Source: Raillietiella orientalis (Eukaryota). Taken from it: DNA of 64,000 nucleotides. Below, piece by piece: positions 26,952-40,720 of the stretch. Each line of letters starts with the position of its first letter. Within the stretch, counting starts at the first letter, position 1. The stretch is from NCBI GenBank assembly GCA_036172245.1, contig JAYWIR010000017.1:2542001-2606000 (forward strand), read 5' to 3'. The position numbers and the translations under genes are program-made. The notes under the pieces are model-generated. The model made no database searches and was not told where the DNA came from. It saw only the letters and a program-made list of their open reading frames with translations.

Positions 26952-28369
26952 TCCTTTATTTTCACCCGATCACATCGGGACATTTAGTTTTTAAAATTAT
27001 TTACAAGAAAACAGTCATAGACAAGATTAAGAAAGTGTCTTTCTTTGGTTTCACAGCGGCCCCACTACGAAGGCAGATGCTCGGCGGCGCTGCTTCTTGT
27101 GAGCAGCTCCACCGATGAGGTCCGCACAGGAGAGAAGTGAAGAAAGGGGTGAACAAAAACAAAAACGCAAAAGATCAGTTTAAAAATATGATGGTAGGGA
27201 GGGGAAAGGATCGCAGATTTCCTCTTGGCGTTTCTCCTTTTGTTGGTGGAAATGTGGCCATCTTGCTTCCCTCTTCGCGAAGGAGGCAGACGATTGGGAT
27301 GACCTCACCGTTCGACGGGCCTCTTTCGGCGCGGCTTCTCGCCGCCGCGATCCCACGAAGGCATCACGGAGTGGCAAGAGAAGCTGCAGGCGACATAGAG
27401 TCCAACGCGAAGAGGCGGCGCAAGACCTCTCTGCTTGCCTCTCTGCCCATCGGGAGTGAGAGGGCCGCAATGAAGCGTTCCCGGACACTCAGGAGGGCAA
27501 CAAAACAATCCAACAACAGGTGCGGGGAGGTTTCTTGTTTCCTGCACCTGGCACAGTCCGGTGCCGCACTCCCCCTCGACTAGGGGTGGACCCGCACGTT
27601 GCATGGGATCGCCTGGTACAACAACTGCAATGCCGAGTCCTGTCACTTCAGGGGAAGTGTGGATATGTTCACAAACACTGGGGAGATTTCTGTTTCTTCA
27701 GGAGGAATGTCCAGGAGTTCCACCCAGAAACGAATTACTTTGGGGAAGGCGGCGTGGGTGCATGCGTCAGCCAGTTGACGCGCCGTCCAGCATCCTAGCT
27801 GCTGCTTCTTTTCCGCGATCTCGTAGGATACTTCCCCCCTCGCAGGGCCACCGCCACGTCCACCTTGTTGGATTGTGCTTGCATGGATCCTTTATTGGTA
27901 TTTGAATCTGCGGCACTTGGCGCTGCGCACGTGGCGCTGTTTGGCCGCGAGTCCACAAGGCCGCCAACGCAGGTCTTTCCGTGAAGCACGTAGGTGGATC
28001 CTTTCCAACGGTAGTCTGTCTTTCGAGAGCGCTGTTTGAAGCTAAGTACTTGCAAGCATCGAAAGACATCTTCTGTAGTCAAGGCATCTCTCTTTCGTTC
28101 ACAGAAAAGGACAGAGACTGATGCGCGAAAACAACTTCATTGAAACCAAGTCATTTTAAATCTTCGAATGGCAAAAAAGAAAATCTCCGAGGAACTTGAA
28201 ACTGCCCTCAGAGTTCGTCCAGTCCGTGGAACTCATTACGTAATGTGAAGAGGGTCACGCACGGTGAAAAAGTGCAAAAGCTCGTTGTCTCCTTCCTTGC
28301 CTTGAGTTTTCTACTTTTCTACTACTTTCGATTTGTGTAATCTCCCTTTCTAAATTGTTGGTGTAGATA

Positions 28370-31300
28370 CACCTTGGAGTGCAAGAACTGAATCGCCCCT
28401 TGAAAGAGTTGGATGCCAAATGCAGAATTGATTGGATGGAGATCAATGAAAATTCGAAATTTTAAATTGGATTTTCCGAAAGCCATTGCCTGTACGATTT
28501 TCAGGGTCACGAAGCAGATATATGTAACTGTTGCTGGAAATCCTCAGAAACATCAAAAGGAAAGTCTTTTTTTCTTAAAAAAAAACAAAAGGCATTGGAA
28601 ATGATTTTTTTTCTGTAGACCGAGGAAATCTTTTTTTTCCCACGATGACCATCACAATCGAGCATTTCTCAGAAACAGGAGTACCATGTTGCAAGGACTT
28701 TCAGTGCCAAATGATAAGAGATTCGGAGACAAAAGGGAGAGAAAATCTTAGCATCAAACCTTGGAAAGACTGAAACTCGTGAATTTAAGAAACCAAAAGC
28801 TCGCCAGGAAGTGCTTCTGTGATGTCCATTCGATAATATGGAGCTAAGCATTCATCTCATGGAACCTCCCTTCTGAATACTGACCATCTCATCCTGAGTG
28901 GTGGAGAAATCACGTGTCTGACAAGGATTTTCCTCGGCGAAAGGCCCAGACGAAAGCCGGGCTGTTTCCAAACACCTCGAAAAAATTTCCAACTGTGCAC
29001 GTTGGCACGGAAGCGTGCACAGTTGCACTCCGTTCCAGCTTTTTTGAGATGCCCTTGAACTAAGGTGAGCACCAAGGAAACACTAGAAAGTATATTCATC
29101 ATGAGCATCACACGAAGCAGATCTCGCTTACTGCGGTGCCCGCAAAGGCGGAGGAGAAGTTTGAAGTAAAGCAGTCGTTCAGCCGCTTCACGGAGGGATT
29201 CATCTTGCAATCCTAGTACAAGAAAAAATTACCTCAGGTAATTGCTTTTATTCGCAGATGAACGTTGCCTTGGCATTCATCCCCACAATCGGAAAGCCAA
29301 CTTCTCTTCACACTATGCAAATCATAATCAATACGGAAGCTGGCTATAGAAGCTTACTGGATCTCTCGCTGCTGGTTACCAAGTGAACCAGTTTTCAGAT
29401 GAGCAGCAACGTTCCAATCTAAAAAATTACCAACAGCACAAAATGCAGGAGCGATCCGGCGTTACAATCTGAAGGTGCACGCTGACACCAAATGGGCGCA
29501 TTCTTGGAATTTCGAACCCACAATAGACCAGGAAGGCGGCTCATCAAAAGCAGCAGATGGCAACTGCTAAGGCGGATAGGTATCTGTTGTAGGCTGTTCC
29601 CACCGAAGATGTGAAATACCAGCTCGTAATACGGCCAACAGATTGTAGCTCTACAACGCCCAACCTACGTTTAACTGATTGCTCTTCCTTTGTCTGAAGT
29701 TCAGTTTTTTGTTTGATTACAGATGAGTGATAAATCTTTTCCTCTTCGAACTCAGACAACACTGGACAGAGAAAGGAATAGTGGGCTGTGTCGGGTATCG
29801 CTAGATGGGGTTTCGAGATTGGTATCAGATGCTTTCACCCCTCGCTATCAGTTCAGCAAAAGGAGGGGTCAGAATTTACCGAAGTTAATCGCTCCCCATG
29901 TTTCTAAAGAACAAAAGCAAAATTCGAACTCAGATATGACCAAAAGACTGCATGACCACAGATCCATATTCTACTGGAGATTCTTCTTTGCATATTCATT
30001 TATTTATTTATGCCTCATTTTTTTTTTGGGGGGGGGGGGAGGGAAAAAATTTCTGGAGGTTTCCAGTTGTGCAATGTCTAGATAATAGCCGTACTTCATT
30101 CCTTTCACAAATCATGGAAATGCGTTTCGACCATAATTTGCTTATCCCTGAAGAAAATGGTTCTCGTCCAAAAAGCCACCTTTTAGTGAAGCTTTGGCGA
30201 AATATCTCTCTACAACCAGTTCAAATGTGAGTATTGAGAAACGTACTGGGATATACAGGGATCATGATTGGCTGCCCGTACAGGTTGCCAAGAGTTGAAG
30301 GATTGGAAATGTTGCTGCCTGAAACGTCACGATAAACTCAGAATGACGAGTGCTTCTCTCATGGCACATGCACCAGGGAGTCCACCCGGTTCCCTGCGCC
30401 CTATTAAAGGTCCCTACAATGTCTCTGCAGCCACCTCTAGACATGGCGTGCAGAGTTCCAATCGTCATCGCACCGCATCCACAGACCAATTCGGTCCGTT
30501 GCTAACCCTCGTGCCCAGCTGCGTGACGTCAAAAAAAGAAAAGGTTGAATTTTTGGCTACTTGATCCCGCTTCAGCCGAAATGGCGTGCATACTTTCTCT
30601 TCCAGAATTTGTAATCGGTTCGCCTCAAGTGTAGGTTTGATCTGCTTCCAGTGCAGTTTGTTTTAAGCTTGCACTCGCAGTTTTGCTAAATTTGCTGCAT
30701 CCTTCATTGCCGGCGTGATTCCAAGCAGAAGTAGGGAATCGAAGAAACTGCATGCTTCCCTTATTTGAGAATATGCTTTCAGAATCTCTATTGGACTTGT
30801 GAGAATGTGTGCATCTGTGTCTTTCCTTCAAAGCTCGAAGAACCAGCTACAGTAGGACTGGAAATGCTACCAAAGCATCAGTAGTATTACATGTCTACAT
30901 TTCACATGTAAGTAGGTTAATTTGTGGAAATTTGTTATTGTATTGGCGAACTATGGAAGACCTTGGGTTGATTTCTCGTTTGCACTTTCCACCTGAGAAA
31001 ATGAAGGAGCACTCTTTTGTACCCAGCATGGAAGTGCCGTACCCTTCGGAGGACTTTGCCTGGAAAAGCTTGCTGAAATAGAAGTTCCTGAAGAGTGTCT
31101 GGGGACAAAACTCTTCATTGGTGTTGACGGAGAATGTTTCCTGTTTTTCACTTATTCGTAGGATTGATTCACATGGGAGTATTAAGGCCGTTTCTCTCCT
31201 GCAAAATTGCACAAGCATGGTACAGTTCTTCCCTTCCATTCTTCCTTCGTGAGCAAGATTTCTAGAGCCAGAAAAAGAAGTTCCGGCTAATTACGTTCTA

Positions 31301-31662
31301 AAGAATAAAGCCCGTGACGCCGATGACATCTGGGAGATTCCCTGGGACGAATCGGAAGAATTTGTTTCATCTTGCAATGAATAGCTTTCATGTTTTCCTT
31401 TTGTCAGATGTATCCGATGGGATTTTCGCATGAACTCGATTTCTCATGGTCATGTAATCAAAACTTGGAGTTCTGCCAAGATGAAAATAACGCGGCGATT
31501 CGTCTTCTCTCCTCCATGTCGATGGCTAGGAAGCTGCACTTGGTTTTCACTCTCGAAGAGCGAATAAAGAAAGGTCGACCTTGTGATTTGGGCCGTTTGT
31601 TGTTTGCTGTATTGAATTGCAATTTGCATCGATTTGACCTACCATTTCTAATCAAGCAGTGA
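28370..31662 (+). pseudogene. Decayed ROCO gene (Roc GTPase - COR - death-domain-like)
   Basis: Motifs in order: LYDFQGHE (WDFxGQ, about 28490), PTVHVGTEA (VGTHxD, about 28990), KRLHDHRSIFYW (LHDLGxILYF, about 29945), FLSQIMEMRFDH, MEDLGLISRL..SFVPSM (COR, about 30955-31030), then helical ..PCDLGRLLFAVLNCNLH (death-fold-like, 31500-31660). Confidence 0.55.
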
Positions 31663-34600
31663 TTGATCTGACAGAAGCAACTTCGTTTGGCGGACGCGGA
31701 AGCGCTCCTGAAGAAGGGCGTGCATGCGGGCAGCTCACCAAATCAAAATCACGTGGTCATTAAAACCACAGCAGTACCTGTGAAAATACGCATGCCAGTC
31801 AGGGAAATGAAAGACTTCATTGGAAAACAGATCCTGGTTCCACCGGAAGAATCACCAGCTAGAAAATGCTTTACGATGGTGTTTTGATCATCAGAGACGA
31901 TCGCAAAGACTCGCCTATCAGGCTCTGACTTTCGTTGAACAAGCACTGTCCAAATATTTTTTCGAAAAGAAAATTGATTTGCCTTTTCTATGGAAGGACT
32001 CAAACGGGAAAAACAGGCAGGAATCAAGGCAGGCGCGGAATACCTGCACATCATTACAGGCACTTTAAAAGAAAATCACCATTCCTTGGTGATCAAACAA
32101 TGCAGTCCAGAAGTGACGGGAGCGTCGCGGCATTGAGTGGCCATCAAGGAAGTGCAAACAGATTGGGATGACAAGGCGCAACCAGGAAACGAAGAGACGG
32201 TCACGTGATACGCAGACTGAGATCTTCGCGGAGGATTCGCCGAACGGCAAGCGCAAGGATGTGTATCCTGCTGCCATAAATCGAGATCCTCCAGGAATAA
32301 GGGAACCGGGACATTGGATATGGTGTTACTCTTAGCGTAACTAGGGAGCTCCAACTCTCGTTCTTATGCTGGCCCATCAACTCCACTTCCTCTCTCCTGA
32401 TCCACTCCGCCCCACACAAGTTATGCATTTTTTTTGTTTTCCTTTCATCTCTCGATTTGGTACCCCTTTGTTTCCCTCCCTGAGGCATAGCTCACCGGCA
32501 AGCCAGCTGGCTTCTCTTCAGGTCATCAAGAATTTTTCAGACTCTGGTAGGATCCAGTGCCTAGGCAGAATTCTTTTATTTTTCCTGTATGCTTACTGTT
32601 GGAGGTCACAGCAAAAGAGTTTAGGAGTTCTCATCCGGACTGTCTGGCCATTTATTTAAAATAAAAAAACGATGTTCCCACGGTTAGAGAAGGCTAGAGA
32701 AGGAACCTCCATCGGCCGGTCTGAAACGGAAGGGATTGCCTTCTCTGAGGATGGAAACAGGGAAGAATGGAAGGCCAAGAGGAAAAGCCAACAAATAGGA
32801 AGTGGGATCAGCATGATTCTCGAGGGTCTTGCTTTGGGCAGGGAAGGAATGAAAGAGCATGAAAGAGTTCAGCCCACTGGCGCCGGGCTAGTCTGCCCGC
32901 GATCTCCCAAAGGCTCCCTCTCATCCCAGATGGGGCTGTTTCGATCGTGCCTCTCGCACGGAGGAGATGGCGATCGCGAACGGCTTGTCACCGGAAGGGA
33001 GTGGGACGGAGTTCCTGTTCCTGTTAGTGTGCTGTTCCCGTACGGATTCCTTCCTAGAAAAGGAGACACTCAATAGAAAGACGACAGACGTTAGGGATTA
33101 CTGGGGATCAAAGAAACAACAAGCGCTAATGTGGAGCTGCTCAGGTGTTGCTATGAAAGCATGGAAGAGCTGAGAATAGAACTCTCGTTATAGAGAGAAG
33201 AAGATGCAAAGAGAGCCGTTTAGAAATTAGAGATTAGATGGAGTTTTGAAAACAGCCAATAAAGGCTTTTATTTAGAAGAACAGGATAAACCGCAAAATC
33301 TTGTTGGGGAGGGGGGGGGGAAGAGAACACTGTAACAGAATCTGCTCTTTTGTGTGTGTATCACGCATCCCTCTATCTTAATGGCATAGATTTAGCATCT
33401 ACTATTGGCAATCAAATCTCGCTCATCATTACTCTTAACTTGTTCAGCGAGAGAGCGAGGAGAGATAAACAAACTCTCCACCTGCTACTTTGTTTAGGAT
33501 GCTACAGATTCCGTGTCCCGGAAGAGCTCGTGGCAGCAGCAGGTGAGTAGCAACTGGGGATTCCCGGTTCCTTGCACCCGTCACAGCTCCAGGACGGAGG
33601 AAAAAGCAGCGAGACCGCGATGAGCAAGCAAAAAGCGGAACGTCTGAAGCAGCAAGCGAAGAAACGCAGCTTGGAAGACAAAGAGGGAACTGGAATTTCG
33701 GTCCACAGCAATGGAACAAACTCTCGATCTGCCGGCTGACCAAAACATACCGGAATTATCTGAGATTCAGAGCCCTGGAAACACCGTGGAAACGCGGTGA
33801 ACTTCCCTTTACTATCAGTTAAAGATGATACTAGAGCCGCAAGGGCTTCTTCATCGGCTTCACGAGAAGTTGGGAGCGTCTCAGAGTCATCCAGCACGGA
33901 GGAAGAAGTTCCGATACATCAGGTGCATAATCGGGATCAAGTAGCCCGCAAACGGAGAAAGCGTTTATAGGGATTGATTGAACCCCATGGATGGAAAGCT
34001 CACGGCTGCCGTCATGAGAACTTTCAACGCCTCGTTGAGAGCTCCCATGAGTCGCATCTTGAGCGATGGAAAATCCTGCTTGAAACTGACTCTCTGGAGA
34101 TGCGGTGTCCAGAGAAACGTTGCGGGAGACAGGGAACTCTCCGGAACGCTTTTCCGTTCGCGAAAAGCGTTCCGGGGAATGAGAATGAGATTCGGTCGGG
34201 ATCGGGTTTTTACGGAAGCCTTGCACGTCGGGTGCTGTTGCACCCATCGGAAGACTCGATGTATCTTTTTCAGTGAGACATCGCCCAGTCGGACGAAGAG
34301 AACATTTTTCATGAGAGCTCTCTTCTGACGAAATCCTCCATCTCGAGAAGCTGAGCATTCGGAGAGGATCACCGATGGAAGTAACCGATGTTTGTGACGG
34401 AGTTTCCAAGAAGATTATGTGATCACCTTTTATTTTTATTTTTTTTCGTCTTTTTGTTTGCAGAACCTGATCTATGAGTATGTTGACAAAGACAAAATGG
34501 CGATCAAAAAACTGAAATGAGTTGGTAAATCATTTAGAGAAAACCTAAACAGGGAGTGGAAAAAAAAAAGCCTTTCCTAAATCATCTTGAAGACCTGGAA

Positions 34601-35979
34601 AGAAGCGGCAGGATTTTTTGTGTGATGAATCACGGGAGTGGGGAGGAGAGCGGTTCCTGAAATTTCGGTTTCATAGGGCGAGGAGGCTGATAAATCAATC
34701 AAGACTTCGCATCACACAAAAGTTCTACCGGGCGCAGAAATGGAAAATCGCTAAGGGACCTCTCGGATGAAAATACGGCACCTCTGCTCAGCCACCAGGA
34801 GCTCCTTGCAAAGCGCCATTGTTTGGTTCGCAAAATTCGGGACTCAGCCGGGATTTATGAAGAGCACCGATGAGATCAAGCCTTCAGAAATCCAAGCGGT
34901 GTTTGAGGACGATGGATACAGAGGATACACGTAATTACCGCTACCACAGATGTTGGCTCTAAAAAAGAGAACAGCGAGGCGAAGCGAGGAGAGCACGTCT
35001 GAGTTCCGCAGGACACGGGAGAGCCATCTTCTTTGCTTTGATTCTTCCAAACTCACTTTCAAGAAGTTTGGAAGAATAAAAACAAATTTCTGCTCTCTCC
35101 TTTTCGAAGGCATTCTGTCACATGATGCAAGGAGAGCAAAAAGAACGAATCGAGTCGAGATACTCCAGCAGCAAATAGTAGCACTGTCTTTACAGACCAG
35201 GGACACGAAAGTGGAAGCAAGAACTGAGATACACTGCCATACACTTGCACAAAATCTTCAAGACACGAAAATCAAAAATGGGAAAAGAGCATCTGAGTGA
35301 TGACTGTTGGCAATGATTGTCAAATCAGTTGGGTTGGTGCAGTTTGCTCTGCGTTATGATCTAGTTCCATTGATGACGTAGTCTGATGGTGACCACTATT
35401 TCTACTGCTGTACACCTCCTTCCGAAGTTCTCATGGTTGCTGATGGAGTCAGCAGGCATGAGTGCATTTACCGATTTAACAACGCTTCATACAATTCAAA
35501 GGAATTGTCCTTCTGGATTTCACAACAGAATGATGGAATGATCAAAATTTGCTTCGATGGGATGCTCAACATCATGAGTAACGAAATTGGAAAGGTTCTC
35601 TTTTTCTTTCTTTTTTTTTTTTCTATTTCAGGATGTGGATCTGCACCAGAATTGAATTTAGGGTGCATCCATAGTTTAGAATGATCTCTGTGTCTCTTGT
35701 AGTATGCTTTTTCCTGACTTCGTACTTTTACTGCTCCTTTATCATTCTTCTACTTGACTCACTTTTCTCTACAGCAAGCTGGATTTCGAAGCCAAAAGTG
35801 TGGAAAACTCCTGCCCACAGTACACTTTTGATCTGCGTAAACTTTTGATCTGGCACCATGGAGACGAGGAGTAGCTCTTCATTTGAAGCAAACATTCTTT
35901 CCTGGAAGCAGTTCCACAGAAGCATGAGTCTTTGGGAAGAAGAAGCTTAGGTTCGGAAAGCATGGGGAACTTTGTCTCT

Positions 35980-36734
35980 GTACCCATCGCGGGTTGTTAT
36001 GCAATGTACGGACGGACACTGGTGCACTTTCCTTGTGGCACCATCTGATCGTTTGGATTTCCTTGCACTTCCTCGAGCCGAAAGGAAAACTCAAAAAATC
36101 CCAGAAAATCTGTTGTCAGTGACGAACCTGGAAACACGGGGATTTTGAAGGGAGTATGAAAAAGAACCACGAAATGCCCTGAAGGAGCGCCTGTCAGCTT
36201 CCAAATCGAGGCTCAAGAACGCGAATGCGGAGGAGGATGGCCGGTAAGCAGCGACCCACTCTCTTCGAATGATCACATTTTGAGACGCCACTTGCGTACA
36301 GGTCGATAAGTGGTGATAGGACTCTGTCAAAGTCAGGATTATCAGATCGATTTCAGATAGATCAGATCAGATTTCTTCAGCTCAGTGCTCTTGAAACTGA
36401 ACTTCAGATGCAAGATGCTGCTAACGTTCTTCATCTCGGAGTTTTCTACGAACAGAGTCGGAAGAGCCGAGTGAAAATACTATTGATTTCTAGCATTCCG
36501 TTTTCTGGGAACTCCGAGCAGAGAGATAAACACCGGTCTCAAGAGAATGCCTCCGGGAAGGCTCGCCGTTTTCTTCCAAAGGTGATACTGGTCCCAGATA
36601 CGATGCTTCCAACGATTTGTTTGCAAGAGAGAATAGAAAGCGAAGAACCCAACATTCTGTGTGCTCTTCTGTGGAAACATCGAGACTCTCCTCTCGAGTT
36701 TCAAGAGCTGCTCAAGAAATCACCCACAGTCTGA
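35980..36734 (+). pseudogene. Caspase-like domain remnant 1
   Basis: CYAMYGR..LPRAE..NLETRGF (p20 start), FLPKVILV (KPKLFFIQ-like), NILCALLWKH..LEFQELLKK (p10 helices). No catalytic HG/QACRG. Confidence 0.35.
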
Positions 36735-38959
36735 AAAAATCCTCATGATTTTTCTTCCTCTCTCCAGTAAAAGTTCTTCACCGAAAACTCATCAAACCTT
36801 GCCGACTGTTAGGATGATGACGATGCTGCAAGTAAAAGCGAATGCTTCATTCAGGAATGAGAAGCTCTGGGAACACACTAGTTGAAAAATTCTTTATTGA
36901 ATGATCGTGGAACATTCACTTCCTTTTTTTATTCCCTTTCCCCCCCTCCTGCCCCATTCTGAAAAATAGGCTGAGTGAAGAGCAGCTCTCCACCTCTTCT
37001 GAATGTATGAAGATGCAATTCCACATCTCATGATCAGATGATTGATTTGGAGTTTACTTATCTTAGAGCACAGCGACACTTCAAAGCCAGAGTTGTGGAC
37101 TTTGGAGGATCGCTGTTGTTTGATTAATTTCAGGGCTCTCGCTGACTGCATGCGACTGGAAATACTAGTGCTCACGTGATCAACTTTGGAGTGAAGGAAT
37201 CAGGACACTCCTCCTGAGAACAGATTTTTCCAACAGGAATTTCAGCAGGAGGCCCTGTCTTGGGATTTGCCGGTGGCTGCACTTAGGTTGCTGATACTCT
37301 TGAAGAATCTGCATGATGCTTTGCTACGAATCATCTTGAGGGGAAGAAGTTCAGTAATGAAGATTGAACAAAAATCACACGAATGATCACACTCTTTTGT
37401 AGAAAAAAAAAAAAAAGAAACATCGCTTTTCTTCCAAATCACGAGTGCTGTGGTGGTTCTGGCAAAGTGTCGTGTAGATCCGAGAAGGACTAATGAATCA
37501 CGAGCTGTGATGCCATGCATCTCAGCAATGTGTTTGATCTCTGCTCCAAGTGCTTCAGATTGGCTACAGTAGGTTTCGTAATTTTTTTCATCTTCCTCAT
37601 GGAAAGTTTGGGTTCACACTTTTCAAAAGAGGGGTGTTCCCCTCGCATCGAGTAAACGATAGCAAGGCAGAGACCCCTCCGGGGCACTTGAAATGCCAGA
37701 GCAGAGGAGACGGGCTAAAAACGGGAGAGAGGGGCGTGGAAGAGGCCCTCTCTTCCTCCTGGGGGCGGCTGACTGGAGAATCCTCAACCCCAGAGTGAGG
37801 CTCCTTGAGACCACTCTGACCTCTAAGAGTCGATGGCAGTGGCCTCACTCCATCTCCAAACAATGCACTCGCGAGCATTAGGAATATCTGAGCTGCGGAC
37901 GCAAAGTGCCACAAATAACTCAATTTGGCACCGCGGAGAAAGATTTGGATCCCATATTCACAAAAAAGGAAAAGAAAAGAAAAACTAGTATTCACCAAGG
38001 TCGGATGTCGTTTTTCAATAAGTTAGGAATTCGAAGATGAAGTAAGTGAAGACCACCTTTTTTTGAAAAATGATTCAACAAGCACACCAGCGTTTTTTGC
38101 TCCCAGACTCAGATGTCTGCCTTTTTATCGCGCTGGATTTCTCCCGGATTGCGCCTGAGTTAAAGCGAATTCTGTGTCTCCGGACCACTCTCTTTCGACA
38201 GCAATGAAGCGAAAGAATCGAGTTCCCCAGAAGAGCGATGCAAGGTGCCTTTCATGAGAGATGATAAAATCCTGGTTCTTCAGAGTGGAAATCCTGTCTT
38301 GGATGCTTTTTCCGTTGTTGAGTGTGAACCAGCTAAAATGCAGCACGTGAGGACCTTTCGATGAAGAAATTCCCTCCCATTCCCCCTCCCACTCGATTCA
38401 TGATGGCGTAACGGTCTTTTAAGCTTAATGCCCTGCGGGCTTGGAGCACCATCCTCTGTTCTGCGCGAGGTCGATTTAGGAGACCTTGCTCCGCCGTATG
38501 AAATGACGAGAAACTCAGTATGCGGATCATCCTCCAGCTCATTCTGTCACATCTTGTTCCGATCTTAGCCCCCAGGCCAAAAATCTCTGCGACTGATCAA
38601 ATCAAGATAGAGTGGACGTTTCCGTACCCACGAGTATCTCGATCCGAACCTCGGTGAAGAATGGGAATTGGCAAACCTCTTGAGTTCAGCTCGCATTTCG
38701 TCTTCCGCCGCGCGTTAGCCGTGCTGGCGAAATTCTGGTTTGGACTCTTCCCCACCCTTTTTTTGGCGAGGAGTTTGAGGAGGGAAGGGGGTAAGAACGC
38801 AAGCCATCGCTTCGAGGTGGCGATAACTCCCGAGAGATTTTCTGAGCCCCACGAATGGACCGCTATCGAAACCTTTTCCAGCTTTTGCGCGCAACAGCCT
38901 GCGTTGCAGACTGCCACCATCCCTCCAATGGGCCTCATCATCGCGGCGTTTTCCAGGAA

Positions 38960-39730
38960 AAGGAAACCAAGATGGCCCGCGTCGGAGGCCATGTGGTTAC
39001 GATGGTCTCTTCGTTTGGCTCCCGGCGTTGCGGGTTCGAATACTCGGCAAGAATGGACGCAAAGAGTTTGTGCGCGTCGTGGGTTCGAGTCGCAGACCCG
39101 CGGGATAATGCTGCTCGGCCTACTTCCGGGGGCAGCGCCCAGTAGTGGTTCAAACTGTATGCCTCCGACGAGGTCCCAAACAATGGAAGTCGACCTCCGG
39201 GTCCCTTCCAGGAATCAAGGAGTGGGAGTTCCCTTCCGGTTGTGCATAGGAGAGGAACCCCCCTTTGAGGGAGACCCTCCGTAGAGTAGGTGTGTCGCCA
39301 CATCTCTAGAGTTCCAGAGAAGCGTGCCGCTTTCTTCGGGGAGAGCGCCCTTCTGAATTTCGGAAGCGTCCCTTCAGGGTTCTCTTCAGAGGAGTAAACA
39401 GGAGCGGTTCCCTTTCGGGTTCCCTTCGGAGAAGAAAACGTCGAGCAGATCCCTTTGGGGGTCCCTTCGGAGAAAGTAAAGAAGGAGTATCCTCTTCCGG
39501 GTTCCCTTCGGAGACAACTAGAGTTGGGGGGTTTCCTTCAGGGATGCCTCCCCAGGTGTAAGAGGCGGTCCCTCCCGGGTATCTTGAAGAATTAACACAC
39601 CTACCCTGGGGTAAGGTAAGGAACAGTCTCAAAGAGCTGAGTGGGCCGCTGGTTCTTGAAGTACTCAGCGAACCCCCCAAAAAAGCTGAAAGGGAATAAT
39701 AACAGCGAAGAAGGATTTCCATCGTCAGGC
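38960..39730 (+). mobile_element. LINE ORF1-associated repeat family copy
   Basis: Collinear with the 11.5-12.3 kb and 16.1-16.9 kb copies (gaagcgtgccgct, ggaagcgtccctt, gagcggttccctt, tcttgaaga). Confidence 0.7.
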
Positions 39731-40249
39731 TGTGAAATCCGAGGTCCTCTGTTCACTGGACATCGTCACGAAGATAAAGCCTTTTCCGATAATGATCTTT
39801 CCTCCATACTTCCCTCCTCCGCCATCTGCCTTGCGACCTGCTCGGCAAAAACGCTGCTCCACAGATAAGCACTTATCTCTTTGCCAACGTCCCCGCTTGC
39901 ATTCCTAGGCCTTCCCGCTCATGCAAAGCCTCACGCGGTTCTGTCGTCCGTAATTCTTGCTTCTCCCTATCCTTAGGAGCTTTTCCCTTCAAGAGATCGT
40001 TTTCCACGGCAGCTGCCCCTATATCAAGCACTCTTGCTGCAACCTTTTTCATCCTTCCTCTATCGTTCCGATCGTTCAACGAATCACCTCTTGCATCAGC
40101 CTTTACGCAGCTAGAGAACTTTCCTTCTGTTTGTATGGAGCCCCGCTTCATAGACCGGAGATCAGCTGCCCCCACGGAAGAAGCAACGGAGGGAGAAAAT
40201 CTTTGATTGAAAATCTCAATCTCTGCATCCGCCTTTGAAATTCTTTCTC

Positions 40250-40720
40250 CAGCTCCAAGCGCATTCTACGTCGCATAGGCAGCGCACCAAGAGAGCTCGC
40301 GTCTGCTGTCCAAGATCCATCCAGTCTGCGCAGCAGGGACAGGTCGCCGTTCCCGTATTCCCAGCTTCACGCTCCCGACTTGGCATCTGCAGTGCACAGG
40401 GAGTAAAGGTCGCATGGTTCTCCTGCCTGCCTTCGGGGCACGAAGTGGTTTCGTCCGCCCACCAGCCCGAGGGTAAGTTTGAAGGAGCTGTTGAAGGCAC
40501 GGTCCACGTTGACGGGGAAACCCGCTGTCCGGACCCAGGAAGGGCAGAGGACACTTGATAGTGCGTGGAACGCTGAAGTTCCGAATGGAGGCTGCACAGC
40601 AAATGCTCGCATCCCGGTGAAATTCGACCTGTCTCGAACCGAGACGGCGAACGCGCAAAAGAGGCGGCCAGTATCCGCCAGTAGATGGAGCCCACGACAG
40701 AAGCAGGATTCGGATTTTAT
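40250..40720 (-). mobile_element. Degenerate RT remnant of an RLE-type (CRE-like) non-LTR retrotransposon
   Basis: MGSIYWRILAA..ISPGCEHL (RT domains 2/2a), VNVDRAFNS (DxxNAFNS), RQAGEPC (QGDP-like) in adjacent frames. Confidence 0.45.
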